A DNA stretch of 64,000 bases from Octopus sinensis (GCF_006345805.1 NC_042998.1:85002001-85066000), one strand, 5' to 3'; shown: positions 11,126 to 24,786, counted from the first letter of the stretch. The notes: generated by a model from the letters alone, not told the origin. Numbers and translations: made by a program.

Positions 11126-12817
11126 CATCCTGGGTGTTTCGCCCTCCTGAGCGAAACACCCAGGATGTGACAGCTTGTGGGAGAGGGAGATGTACCGGAA
11201 CTTGGCTGGTACTCATTTACAGCTTAGTAAACAGAAGCAACGTAAAACGAAGTGCCATTTTAAAGGACGCAACGCACAACGTGATTCAGGAATCGAACCT
11301 TGTAACTGTGAGGTCAACATCCTAACTCATTAAGCCACGCACCTAGATACGCTGTCTAAAATTAAAACTGAATGATCACAGCATAAACGCCTTTGATTAA
11401 TATGTCAGCTCGATCAGGGCTGACGTGTGGCTAAAACAGCAATAGCAATAATTGCTTTTCTTGTACAGACATTTTACAGGCGTCTCAGCAAAAAATCGAG
11501 ATGAGATAGTTCAATTGTACTGAATCTTGATTTAAGCTTACATGTTGCACAACACAAAATGAATATGTAGTTTGCGTATGCACCATTTGCCAGCGTTACC
11601 GATTCACTACGCCGTTCTGACATGGCATGAAAAGCATCATAGTCGTCGCTTATAAAGGAATATAACCTGCTTTCGTTAATTATCTTTCAGGTGTGCATAT
11701 TTTGTACCGATCAAACGAAGATACCTTATCGGCCTGTCTACTTCCGATCCAGTCGAATACTGACGATGTGATAATTAGAAGAAAGAAGGCTGTACCAGCA
11801 CTTGGCTGGTATTCATTTTTAGCTGAGCAAACTCGAACAGTGAAATGAAGTGTCTTGCTCAAGGACAGAACGCACAGCCCGTCTACGACCTAACGATCAT
11901 GAGCTCAACACCTTAACTATGCACAGCACTATTGATTGCTGAAACATGATTATAACTGAACTATGAGCGTTACAAAAATGTAATTTTAGAATCCATGATT
12001 TAGGGCAGTTGTTGTCCAGGAAATTTAACATTGAAATACTAGTCCGCCATTGATACTGTATATGAATCTATGAATATCTTTGCCCATAAAAGTTTTTTTA
12101 TTTTGTTTATATTTACAGTATAACGTTTATTGTGTTGGTGTTATATTTATAGCTTGTATTATGATTACACTGCAAAGTTAACCTTTCAACTCTATTTATC
12201 TGTTGTGTGTCATTGTTATCTTGGAATAAATTCTAAAGGGTAGAAAATACGGTTATAAAAATTGTGTTTGTAATACTAATACAACTGCATAAATAAAGAC
12301 AAAGATTATTGTTTGCGTCAAGTGCACGTTGCTTTGATATATAATAATGCACACAACACACACACAAGTTTTATATGTATGTATGTGTGTATGTATGTAT
12401 GTATGTATGTATCTATCTATCTATTTATCTATATATATAATTGTGTGTTGAGTTGAGAAGCATACAATATTACAATTTGTTTCACTGTTCAGATTTGAAA
12501 AGAAACATTTCATACACGCACACACATATATACTACAACCGTACATAAATTCATTCATACAAACATGAACGTGTGTGAAGGTGAATGTGTGTGTGTATGC
12601 GCGTGTGCATGCGTACGTATGTGTAAGCAGAATGTCTTGTGACAAGCAATATTCTTTGTCTTTATTGATGCAGTCGTTAGGTAGTTATGTAGAGTATAAG
12701 GAAATTGAGTGTGGACCAATAATTACCACACCGCACATAAACAGAGCCTCAAATTTGTAAATACCATGAAAGCAACAAACAGATAACTCAGGACAGTGTT
12801 AGAGTTGCTTTATAGTA

Positions 12818-13375
12818 TTGAGTTGTCGTGCCGATTTCTAAAGGAAAGAAAAAGGTCAATAAATACTTGCCATTACATTTTTGATTAACCAAATATAAAC
12901 CATTTTGTTGCACAATGCGTCTTCATCTTTCCTTTGACTTGAAAATACCCTCTTCCCACAATTGAGGTGACTTCATGGCAAAGAATTCATCAAGGTATCT
13001 TTTTACGTCATCTAAGGAATAAAAAATTTTACCATTAAGACTATTCTGCAGAGACCTGAATAAGTGGAAATCCGAAAGAGAAATATCTGGTGAATATGGA
13101 GGTGGGGGGTAACACATCCCAGCCGAGGTGCAGCAATTTTTTATCTCGTTCCCAAAGCACCAAGTGTCGAAAATGAACTTTCTTATCTTCCATTTTAAAG
13201 GGTTACAGAATTAACACAGGTCATAGGAACATAAACCTTCTTCCACGAAAAGACAGTTTAAGCTGTGCTCTAAATGGGGGTGTAGTAAAATCCTATTTTA
13301 TGGACTCGACCATGTTCTAAAATAAATCGAAAGGTAAGCTACTATAAATCGGCACGAACTTTCCGGACAACCCAA
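12818..13375 (-). mobile_element. Internally deleted mariner (Tc1/mariner) element
   Basis: TA TSD at 12816-17 and 13376-77. TIR ttgggttgtccggaaagttcgtgccgattt; the left copy has a deletion. Minus strand encodes MEDKKVHFRHLVLWE fused to WDVLP.PPYSPDISLSDFHLFRSLQNSL, carrying the mariner YSPD motif. Confidence 0.9.
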
Positions 13376-14037
13376 TATTTACGTTCTGAGTTTAAATCTC
13401 ACCGATACTAACTTTCCCTTTCATCCATGCGGGATCGATAAAATGCGCTTTTTAAAGTTATCCCTACAGATTTTCTGTTGAACCTAGAGCCAACATGGGA
13501 AGTTAAAACGTTTCGTATACGAATACGTCTATGTAAACAATGCAATCGAAGAAAGAAAACTAGGTAATGGGAGGTTTTTTCCCCTTCTTCAGCACCACAT
13601 CCAAACCATTGACCATCTACGAACACATTGCTTAAATAGCTGGCAAATATAACGGTGTGACACAATTAGATACACCAATTTTATATATTGAACACATTCC
13701 TGGCAACTGGTACGTACATATTAATTGCTTGTAGAGACACCGTATTTCATTATGCAATCATAATACACCACCATGGTAGTATATCACGGTTGCATAACGA
13801 AATACAGTCTCCCTACAAGCAATTAATCGATAAAATACGGTATCAATCAAGTACTGGAACTGATATGATCGACTAAACTTTTTCCCCCAATTTGCTCGCT
13901 TTGATGGATCGGTAGAATCGTTAGAACATTGAGAAAATTGCTTTACTGCATTTCTTCTGGCTCTTAACGCTCTGCCTTTAATCTTTTCAAGGTCGATAAA
14001 CTCAACTAAAATTACTGACTTTGTGCCAAATTTTGAA

Positions 14038-14056
14038 CAACAACAACAACAACAAC

Positions 14057-14118
<62 letters not shown>

Positions 14119-14144
14119 CAATAATAATAATAATAATAATAATA

Positions 14145-14183
<39 letters not shown>
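14038..14183. repeat. (CAA)n-(AAT)n directly abutting (ATT)n
   Basis: Directly visible; the AAT and ATT blocks are mutually complementary. Confidence 0.95.
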
Positions 14184-14186
<3 letters not shown>

Positions 14187-15042
14187 TAGTTTTATTTTTA
14201 TATCGTGCTTTCACTTCACTACCGAGCGCGGCTCTGTGTATCTTGGGTATGTGCTGTGATTTGCTGTGATACTCTGATGGTTACTGTATTGAAAGTGTTT
14301 TGCGTAGGATGTGTGCAGTGCCCAGTAGTGCAATTTTCTGTATGTTATATATATTTGTAAGTCCTGGTGTTTTTGTTATGTATTGTTATGTATTTGTCTG
14401 AATATTTTTTTATCATACCTAATGCGCCAACTACGATAGGAATTGTTTCTGTTTTTAGATTCTACATTCGAGTTACCTCTGTTTCCAGGTTTTTGTATTT
14501 TGAAAGTTTCTCCATTTCTTTTAGAAAAACGTTGTCATCTGCTGGTATTGATAAATCAATCAGGAAGAATTTTTTTCTTCATGATCTCTGACAACTAAAT
14601 CTGGCCTATTGGCTTTAATCTCTCTATATGTGTGTATTGGCATATCCCAGAGTATGACTATTCATCTGATAAGTGTACACTAGGCACATGCATCACAACC
14701 ATATGTGCGCGATATGGTGATCTCATATAAAGATAAACAGCACATGAGCTTGCAGGTGGGGCCCAGTTAGAATTTTCTTCTGGTCGAGTAGCCCATCCCG
14801 CTCAAAAGGTCCCTGAATAAGGATTGTTTGAGGATACTGAACGAACCACCTATGTTTCCAAAGGTGAATTATCCAAGTCTCTAAGAATTCCTTTTGACAC
14901 ACGGCTGTGATGCTCCCCCACTACTTCTGCTCGTGATCAGAGATGCACATATCATCACCCACTAAGGGACATGCTCAAATGGTTATGGTCAAACAACTGA
15001 CAAGCAAATCTCTGGTATTGGGCAGAATATTTGCAGTAGCCC
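14184..15042 (-). mobile_element. Internally deleted R4/Dong-type non-LTR retrotransposon (putative 5' region joined to the restriction-like endonuclease C-terminus)
   Basis: Minus strand about 14660-14281 reads ILWDMPIHTYREIKANRPDLVVRD...LIDLSIPADDN...KEMEKLSKY...IPIVVGALG...QKIALLGTAHILRKTLSIQ*, a PD-(D/E)xK REL domain, with a frameshift and a stop. Both ends abut (TAA)n on that strand. Confidence 0.8.
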
Positions 15043-15345
15043 TATTATCATCATCATTTATTATTATTATTATTATTATTATTTATTATTATTATTATTA
15101 TATTATTATTATTATTCTTTCTTTCCGAGACGACGGACGTGCGTAAAACAGCTCCGTAAGTTTTGTGCCAATTTGATTGGTAATTTCTCTAAAAGTTTTT
15201 ACATTTTTCGATATTCGTGTGGCCAAGCCGACTAACTTCTTGCAGAGCTAGTTGGTTAGGCAAAATTTTACCCCATTGGGGGTAAAATCACTGTTTAAAA
15301 TATTGACATTTGCATTTTATTTCAATTACACATTTAAAAAAAAAA

Positions 15346-16845
15346 TGGCTATGAAAAGAGCAGTTAGCTCCTCTTTTCTTGTAGCATCACACCCTCCACA
15401 CGAAAACATTTCATTAGCGGCTCCAAACCGCCCATTTCGTGCCTTAAAAGGCAAAGAAAAATCTTCGATAGAACATGTCATTCCAAAAAAGAATGAAAAT
15501 GAAAACGAAGGCGTCATTTTTGACGTCTTCGAAGATTTCTCTCCTCTCCCCTCTACAAGCGTCCCAGTAGTGGAAAAAGAGGGAAAAAAGACAGTTGCAA
15601 AGCAAAGCAACAAAGATGGCGTCGCCTTGGACGTCAATCAAAATTTTCTTTCTCTTCCTTCCGTGAGTGCAACAGTAGGGGAAAAAGAAGAAAAGAAAAT
15701 AACTAGCAACATACCGACAACACCACCAGTAACAACACAACAAGCCACCATAGCAATTTTGCTTCCATCACAAAACAAAACACAGAGCAAATTGAAATTA
15801 CATTTGACGAAATAAAATCTGCAAATGGGCTGTTGAGAAAAGAGGGGAACAGTGTCTTCCTCAATACACCTCAACAACTCATAAACGAAACAAAAAAAAC
15901 TGTAATTTATAAAGCTTTCGATAAGAAAAACAAAAAAATAACTAATGCAACACCCCAACAATTGGAAATGGCTCTTAAACCCATATGGGCCAAAAAGAGC
16001 TATGTCACAAGAGGGAAGCGTTACGGGACGGTGGAGGTTCGCTTCCCAACGAAAGACGATGCAAGGGCGCATGCCATTTCGCCCTTGCAAAATGAAAATT
16101 TCTTTCTGGTCCCATCATACCTTGAGCGGAAAGTACAAAAATTTAAAATTGATATAATACCCCCCGAACTCAGTATATCATGACTGGTGGCGGCTGCCCT
16201 CTATGACATAGAGGACACTGCCACTATTCTAGATGTTCGAAGGGTAAGAGAGAAGAACTGGTCAGGTATGGGTATTCAACTGCTGGTACAAATCCAGCAG
16301 GAAAACATTAATGCCATACCTGACTCAGTCATTTTACTAGACGGAACCAGGCTGCACGTTACTGTAGAGGGGCGAAAGCCAAAATGTTACCTCTGCAGTA
16401 GCGAAAACCACCTGAAGAAGGACTGCCCCATTCACAAAAAAAAGAATGGAGGCATACGACAAGAGGCAGCAGCAGCATCAACAACAACAACAACAACAGC
16501 ACGAAACACCAAAGGCTGCAACACCACCAACACCATCACCACCACCACGACAAACGACACCACCTCCAACAACAACCACCAAACCAACACCAACCCCAAC
16601 ACCAAGAAAAACGACAACAAAAAAACAAGGAGAAACACCACAACCATCACCAATAGACACAGCAACACCACCGCTACCAGCAGAACTAACAAAAATCTTT
16701 CGCCCTGCTGATGAAGCGGACCCGATAGCCATCCCCTTTCCGGATCTGAACAGCTCGGATTGTGCGAGCACTGATACCGAGAAAGGGGAATGGCACACAG
16801 TGCCTCCAAAGAAGAAAAGGAGGAAAAAACAAAAGGACACACAGG
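15346..16845 (+). pseudogene. LINE ORF1 (gag-like, CX2CX4HX4C knuckle), disrupted
   Basis: ORFs 15252-15815, 15833-16183, 16187-16711 and part of 16446-17327. CYLCSSENHLKKDCP at about 16385-16430. In-frame TGA at 16181-83 and frameshifts. Confidence 0.8.
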
Positions 16846-18893
16846 GGAAGCACGGGTTTGGATGGTCTGCCCTACGAGCTTTACACTTCAATGCCAAACT
16901 TGTTTGCGGGCCTGTTGGCAAACGTCTACTGCAACTGGCAGCAAAACGGGAGAATTCCTGCTTTTGTCTGTCGAGGGGTGGTGGCTTTGCTAAAAAGGAC
17001 CCAAACAAGGGGGACATTATAGGGAATTTTCGGCCCATCACTCTGCTCAATGCAGAGTTGAAGATTTTGGTCAAGGTGCTAGCCAAGAGATTGGCGCTTG
17101 TCGTGGACAAGCTGGTTGGCAAGACGCAGACATGCGCCGTGCCGACCAGGTCGATACACGACAACCTCCATCTCATGCGCTACATCATAGAGAGGGTGGG
17201 TAACGACGCTGGCGCGGGTGGGGCTTTGATCAACTTAGATCAGAGTAAAGCCTTCGATAGGGTCGACCATCGGTACCTGGCAGCTGTTCTCAAGGCAGCC
17301 GGCTTCGGTTCAGTCTTCCGCGGGTAGATCGCTGCTTTTTACAGCAACATCTGCTCGGTGATACGGGTGAACGGTCACCTTTCGGAACCGTTTGACATCT
17401 CGCGTTCGGTCTGCCAAGGATGCCCTCTCTCCTCCCTCTTGTACATATTGACTCTCGAACCCATTACTGCGCAAGTTGGAGGCTTTGTGGGGTATCACGC
17501 GCGATCTAGGAGGCGGAAACAGCGTGTCTGCCTATGCCGACGACGTCACCGTGATGGTGTCGAGCCATAGGCATATTGGCCTGATTGGCGAGACACTAAA
17601 CGAGTACGAAGCGGTGACAGGGGCAAAGATTAACGCGGAAAAGTCTGTGGGCTTGCTACTGGGCACCTGGAGAGGCAAGCCCATGCCGTCCAACAGCGTT
17701 GTAGGGCGCTGGACAGACGGACCCGTTAAACTGCTCGGGGTCTGGTTCGGTCCGACCCTCTAGGTGGATAAAAACTGGGAAGAAGTGACGAGCAGGGTGG
17801 CACATCTCACTCAGAAATGGGCCGAGAGGAAGCTGTCCCTGAAAGGTCGAGCGGAGGTGGCGAATGCATACATCGCATCCGTCATCTATTACAGCTTGAC
17901 CGTCGTCCCTTGTCCCAACCGCTGGTTGGCCAAGCTGGTACGCCTGCTCTTCGACTTTTTGTGGAAGGGTCAGGTGCCATTGGTCAGGCGATCCATCTGC
18001 TGTCAACGACCGCTGAACGGAGGCCTTGGCATGCCGTGGTTACTGATGCGTAGACATGCGCTCAGGCTGCGACATCTCAAGCGTTTCCTAGACGGTGATC
18101 AGGTGTGGTCGTCTTTTGTCAGACGCGACTTTCCGCAGCTCGTCTCTTTGACAGAGCTGCAGACCTGGATCAAACGTAGACCGAGAAAGGGCGCTTGGCA
18201 CCTCGAGTGCCGTCCAGCTCTCTCCGCCAGGCGGGTAATGCGATCGGTTTTAGTTCCACTCTAGCGTTCTATAGAGGGTTAGTAAAGGAAAAATGCGACG
18301 ACATTCTCGGGGTAACTCTAGGCGTTGATGATAACGAACTGAGCGGTCTGTTCGGAAGGACTTTCGGGCCGGGGCCAATGGATAATTTCCAGAGGTCGCT
18401 CGCCTGGCAGTGCTACCGAGGGGCTCTGCCTGTTCGGGATAAACTCTACTGGCACGGAAGTGCCGTCAGCCGGGCCTGCCCGAGGTGTTGCCAGGACAAC
18501 GAAACCGTTCTGCACGCACTCGTCCAGTGCCCGAGTATTGCTGAACTATGGGTTTATGTCGAACAGCTACTGTCGCGTATAGGACGGATCCGACTATCAG
18601 CCGAATCCATAGTGAAGATTGCTCCGCCGACCTCCTTTAACAAGGAGGGCGAGGCCGTTTTCCTGTGCCTAGTGGCTGTGGCGAAAGAGATTGTATGGTG
18701 GACCCGCTTGAAAGGGCTAAAGTCAGACACTTTCCTCTTTGGTCAAGGCCTCATCAACTTTTTCAAGTTTCACTTGAAAAGGAAGATGAGGTTAGAGAGG
18801 AGAGTGCTGTCCGATAGCAAGTTTTCTGAAAGGTGGGTGAATTGTGCGAGAATGGCCAGTATAAATGGACCAATTCTCAGGTTTCGCCTGTGA
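16846..18893 (+). pseudogene. LINE ORF2 remnant: reverse transcriptase plus C-terminal zinc finger
   Basis: GLDGLPYELY, NFRPITLLNAELKIL, LDQSKAFDRVDH, QGCPLSSLL, YADDV and CPRCCQDNETVLHALVQCP. Stops at about 17325 and 17761; several frameshifts. Confidence 0.9.
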
Positions 18894-19172
18894 TTGAAAA
18901 AGGTTTTATAAAAGGAGAAAGGGGCTCTCTACCATCCTTTTGACCAGGCTCCCGTTGGCTTTTATGGGGTTTTTTCCACCAGGAACCTTTCGAAGCGCCT
19001 CCCCCTATTGGAGTTTTTCATTGTTATAATCTTTCGTTGTTAAACAGTTTTTACTCGGATTTTTTCAAAAACGGACAAAACGGACAAAACCCTTTGTAAC
19101 CTTTCGTCCTGTTTTGTCCCTATATGTTTACTAATCATGCGTGTCAGCCCTTGTAGCCAATAAAAAGAATTA

Positions 19173-19235
<63 letters not shown>

Positions 19236-19763
19236 TACATCGATGGGATTTTATTGAATGAAGTTACATTTAACAATCGAAATACAACTTTGACCTAAGA
19301 GGTTACTAATTCATTTGCGACTGATCTTTCATCCCCACATATATAATGGTGCACTATCATTTAGAAATTGTCTTTGTTGTAATTAAAGAATAATTTAATC
19401 GCGAAAGAGCAGTGTCCATGTCCTTCTCAGCCCACCGAAGACCGGTGAGATTGATATCATTCATGGGCTCATGGTCCACTGAAACTCATGTAAGTTGACG
19501 GCTGCAGGAAAAGACGTGAGCACAGAGGATTATTTGCTGATAAACAACATTCCGAAGGGGTAGAAGTGGTGGATGTGGTGGTTTGTCCTCTGATTTAAAG
19601 GTTGGTCACAAGATGGAGATGAGAGGGAGAAGAAAGACAAATGAACCGGTCGTATATCAGTGAAGGTAGCTTGAGACCAGTCACTCTAGAGAAGCAGAAG
19701 CCATTGTATTACAATTATTTTACATTTCAGTGTTTTTTGTCTGCGAAGTGCAAATACTCTTGA

Positions 19764-19808
<45 letters not shown>

Positions 19809-19823
19809 TATATATATATAATA

Positions 19824-19973
19824 TATATTGTATAAAGGGCATTATTACACATAAATGCCTCACACTAGGAGGGACAAAGTCATTACTACCAAAAATTATA
19901 ATTTTTGGTAGTAATGACTTTGTCCCTCCTAGTGTGAGGCATTTATGTGTAATAATGCCCTTTATACAATATA
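19824..19973. repeat. Perfect 150-bp palindrome with no spacer
   Basis: Arms 19824-19898 and 19899-19973 are exact reverse complements, centred on TTA|TAA. Confidence 0.95.
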
Positions 19974-20100
19974 GATATAATTAATTTGTTCAAAAGAAAA
20001 AATTATTTTCGGATTCTTTTCTTTATGAGGTTTTCACGCTAGCTACCCGATAATTTCTTGTTAAGATCCCTTATTAAGAGATTATCCTTAATTGTTAAAC

Positions 20101-20771
<671 letters not shown>

Positions 20772-22576
20772 GTATGTATATATGTAGGTATTTATTAGAG
20801 GTGTTTAAAACCTCTAAGGAATGGTTAAATCCAAAGGCGCTCCTGGTGATTACCTGCGCAGGTACAGTCCTTAATTAAATTAATGGCTTACTAGCGCAAA
20901 CGACCAACCTCTTCCTGTTATTTTTCCTCCATTTTCTTCTTGCATATATATATGTATGTGCATAAAATATATAATGTGTCAGTATATGTACATATTTGTG
21001 TGTGTGTGTGCGTGCTTGTGCGCGCGTATATGTTTGTTTTTGTGTCTGCGATTTGTGTAAGGTTAAAAAACATAAAAAGAACAGTGAAATCTAAGGTTTG
21101 AGAAATGTAGCACTAGTTTTACTGCTAAAGTTCAAATGAGAGTGCCTTAACGTTTCGGGCGTTAGATTTTCATCAGAAAAACATAGGGAAATAAGAGCAT
21201 GCGTAGAGAAAGATAGGAGTGTATAAAAAGAAAAGAAAAATTTTTACAAAATGACAAAACAAAAAATAAAAAGGAAAAGTGGCGTAGTAGGAAAGAATAT
21301 ATGTGCATGTGAGCGCAATGTCTTTTATCTTTGGCATTTCTTGGTGTCAAGTATCTGGCTACATTGTATTTATGTATTCTAAGATGACTGTAATAAGCCT
21401 ATTTTTGACCCACTAGAACGTTAACATGTTGGAGAAAGGTCACCACTGTAAATATGTTGGGCAGAAATCCCCACTTTAAACAGCGCCAACACTAAAATTT
21501 ATGAGTGTAATTTATGAGAACCTTGCAGTACTGGGTTCAACTCTCTAGCTACATAACATGAAAAACTGACTTCCACAGTTTCACAACTTGAAGACTAAGA
21601 CGTCAGTGGTTCTGCCGACACCTAATGACTTATGGAAATTATGACATTTTAATTTTTATTGTTGTTTGTTTAGTTCAGCCCTGATTTAGCAGATCTGTAG
21701 TCAAAGGCGTTCCAAAGTGACAATCCAGTCTTTTAATCGAGTAGTATACGTTCAAAACCACATTTTCCTCTTTTAAAACAATGGGCTCTGATTTAAAGAA
21801 AATTTTTGCAGTTATGTCTAGCAGTTCGAACGACTGCTTACTAGCATTTGGTTGAGTAGGGTGTTGCTATTTATTAAGACTCCTTTCCGAAATTAGTTTC
21901 CTTATTGATTCCATAGTTGTTTTAAAGACTCTCGTGACAGTGAGTTCCATAATGCAGCAAATGATGCGGTTATCAAAACATAGAAGGGTTGCATACATTT
22001 CAGATCAGCAAACGGAATTTGAAATCAAGTTGTGAGGTTAACAGCGTTCATAGGACGTCAAAATCAAACGAACAGTCTTGTGTTGCTCAACAAAAAATGC
22101 GTATGAATTCATTGGCAATGACGCAGGTGTATTACTAATAAATGGACCACAAAAACCTGTTTCAAAATCACTAGCGTGATATATAGTCTTAATGCAGAAC
22201 TACCGCGAGTTAGTAATTAAATTCTGTTACCTAGGAAACGTGATCGATACAAAAATTGGGACAGGTAATTCTATAATAATGAAGCTTTGTTGTGGTTGGA
22301 AACTATTCAGAATGCTTCTTGCAAATCTGATCAACTAAATGTATTGCCTTACATATTAAATGAGTTAATTGTGAGTTTATGCTTGGAAAGGCATGTTCCA
22401 TGATAGAGATTTGGAAAAAAAAAGGAAAATATCTAAAAGAATAACTGAAAGAGGAAGAAACTATTTTGACATTAAACATGTAATAGCATAATAATCTTGA
22501 AAGATCAAGCCACAGAATAAGCGTCATCCATGAGACAACGAATCAGTTTTAGTAGAATGGCGTTGTGTGGGTTTTA

Positions 22577-22724
22577 GCCGCCCTGTGCGGTCACTCCCAC
22601 ATCCTTGAATGTAACATCATACCTTCGACACGTATATAAAGTTGCCGCCCTGTGCAGTCCGCATATCCTACGCTACGCCACTGTTTCAACATATAGTTTA
22701 TTATCTTTTAATCTCATGGTAAAT
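22577..22724 (+). promoter_or_regulatory. Second candidate Pol II promoter and first exon
   Basis: TATAAA at 22635-40; GCCGCCCTGTGC(G/A)GTC direct repeat at 22577 and 22644; donor ATG|GTAAAT with GT at 22719-20; 21/24-nt identity to 4842-4865. Confidence 0.45.
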
Positions 22725-24390
22725 AGTTATTGTCTGTCTTAGATTGAAGTCTTCTTTCTCCAAACAGATCGTTGCTTTTTACTAACGTTTGAAATATAGT
22801 AATAGCTGGAACTAGGTGTATGTGCGTGTACAATGAATGTATGTGTATGAAACCACGGTATAATAGTTGAGAAATGGAAATAACAGAAATGAAATAACAT
22901 GGTTGGATTTTGTGAAAGAGTTAGACACTCAGCGAATAAATGCAAAATAAATTAAGAAACCCAAAGACTCCTTGCAGCAACAAACAATACACATCACCAT
23001 ATTAATTGATTGAAACAATATTCTGAAAAATGGAAGATAACATAGACAGTAGTTGAGATAGTAAATTTATTGGTATAATTTTATGATTTGTTGTTGAGCA
23101 TCAAGTCAACTCTGAACTAGCAAGCCTATAATGAATAGTCTCCATCTCATCTTTTATTTGTGCATAATTTAGGGTTATATTATTCAATGTTACCTTTCGT
23201 TTGTTGAGTCGGAGGTGTGTGGTTCCTAACAAATGCATCTAGCAGTAAATGCCTTGTATATGAACACACAATTCATTGCTGTAAAGAATGAGAGTATTGT
23301 AGAATTAATACGTGCTTTCTTAGATTATAATGCTAAGTTCTATGGTTTTAAAAATGGTTAACTGGAAACATTTCCAGTGCTTAGCCTTAAACCAGAGTCT
23401 TCCTTTCGTCCAGTCATCATAGTTAGCTTTATCAGTCAGCTCCAAGATTCTGGTTCTCGTTACAGGTTACATACATTAGCTTGTATGTCCTCTAAACTTT
23501 CCAACCACAAACTCCCTTAAGCAGATGGATAACTTTTTTGAACTACATTGAACTTTATTACGGAGGTTTCAAAAGTTGACCTCAGGATTTCATTGCTTTT
23601 AATTGATATTAATCCCTTAGAATAAAGTCAACGTTGCCGGAACAGGGAAGCATCGAGCTACAATACATTCAAACAGCCAGTTCAGCTTTAAAAGATGTAT
23701 GATTTAGTAGTTGTTTAGCTCTCAGATTAGCCGTGATCGAACAGACCTGTAATCAAAGGCACTCGAACAATTTTATTCTTCAAGCAAAGTATATCTAGAA
23801 CTATGTTAAACAATGTGTTTTCTTCTTTATGGAGAAGATAAGGTTTGATTGTTATTACGAGCATATATAGTGACTACTTAGAGCAGTGGTTTTCAACCGT
23901 TTTTTCAACCCCTTTGATTCCTGTCTTTTTTTTAACCCTTTTGATTACTGTTTTACTTGGAGGGGGACCCTCATAGCCATTCAATGTCTAAAAATTCCTG
24001 TTATATTTTGTAATTCAATATTATTAGGAATTGTATATACTTAAGGCGGCGAGCTAACAGAATCGTTAACACGCCGAGCAAAATGCTTAGCGATATTTCG
24101 TCTGTCTTTACGTTCTAGGTTCAAATTCTGCCGAGGTCGACTTTGCCTTTCATCCTTTCGTAGTCGATAAAGTAAGTACCAGTTAATGTCATCGACTTGC
24201 TCTATCCCTCGAAATTGCTGGCTTTGTGCCAAATTTTGAAACCATTATCAGGAATTGTATAAAAAATTGTAGAAGCATAAACAATTTATTACACATAAAT
24301 TTTAACAACAAAATCTTATATGGCCCTCCAAGCGTCATATGGACTCCAGTTAAAAACCATTAACGTAGAGGATGTTTTGTCTGCTTGTAA

Positions 24391-24553
<163 letters not shown>

Positions 24554-24739
24554 TGTATGTATGTATGTATGTATGTATGTATGTATGTATTGTTACTGTA
24601 TTGTACTTGGTTATTTGATCTCTTGTCTCTTTAATTTATATTTGTTTAAAGAGACCATTGTCTTGTATGTTCTTTATTTGTTTCCGTAAATTTATCATTC
24701 AATATGTTTAATGATTTTTTTTTATATTTTGAATTCCAG

Positions 24740-24786
24740 TTTACATATTGGCAGATTAAAACGACATCAATCCAAGATGGGACAAG
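24740..24786 (+). CDS. Candidate small host-gene exon containing an ATG (M-G-Q-...), product unknown
   Basis: T-rich tract plus TTCCAG acceptor at 24739 (alternative in-frame GCAG at 24754); ccaagATGG Kozak context with ATG at 24777; consensus donor AAG|GTAAGT at 24787. Confidence 0.4.

Larger units (their letters stand above)
15117..19172 (+). mobile_element. Tx1/L1-clade LINE, both ends present, decayed, APE endonuclease deleted
   Basis: 5' end with GGACGTG motif; ORF1 with a zinc knuckle; RT motifs; C-terminal CCHC; AATAAA at 19159; flanked by (ATT)n on both sides. Confidence 0.88.

Noticed and set aside
16432-17176. Long minus-strand ORFs over the Tx1 element, and similar ones over the RTE (29640-30595)
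   Set aside because: Antisense shadows of GC-rich LINE coding sequence.
22200-22330. FCYLGNVI-like RT remnant
   Set aside because: Probably an old RTE scrap, but too degraded to set boundaries.
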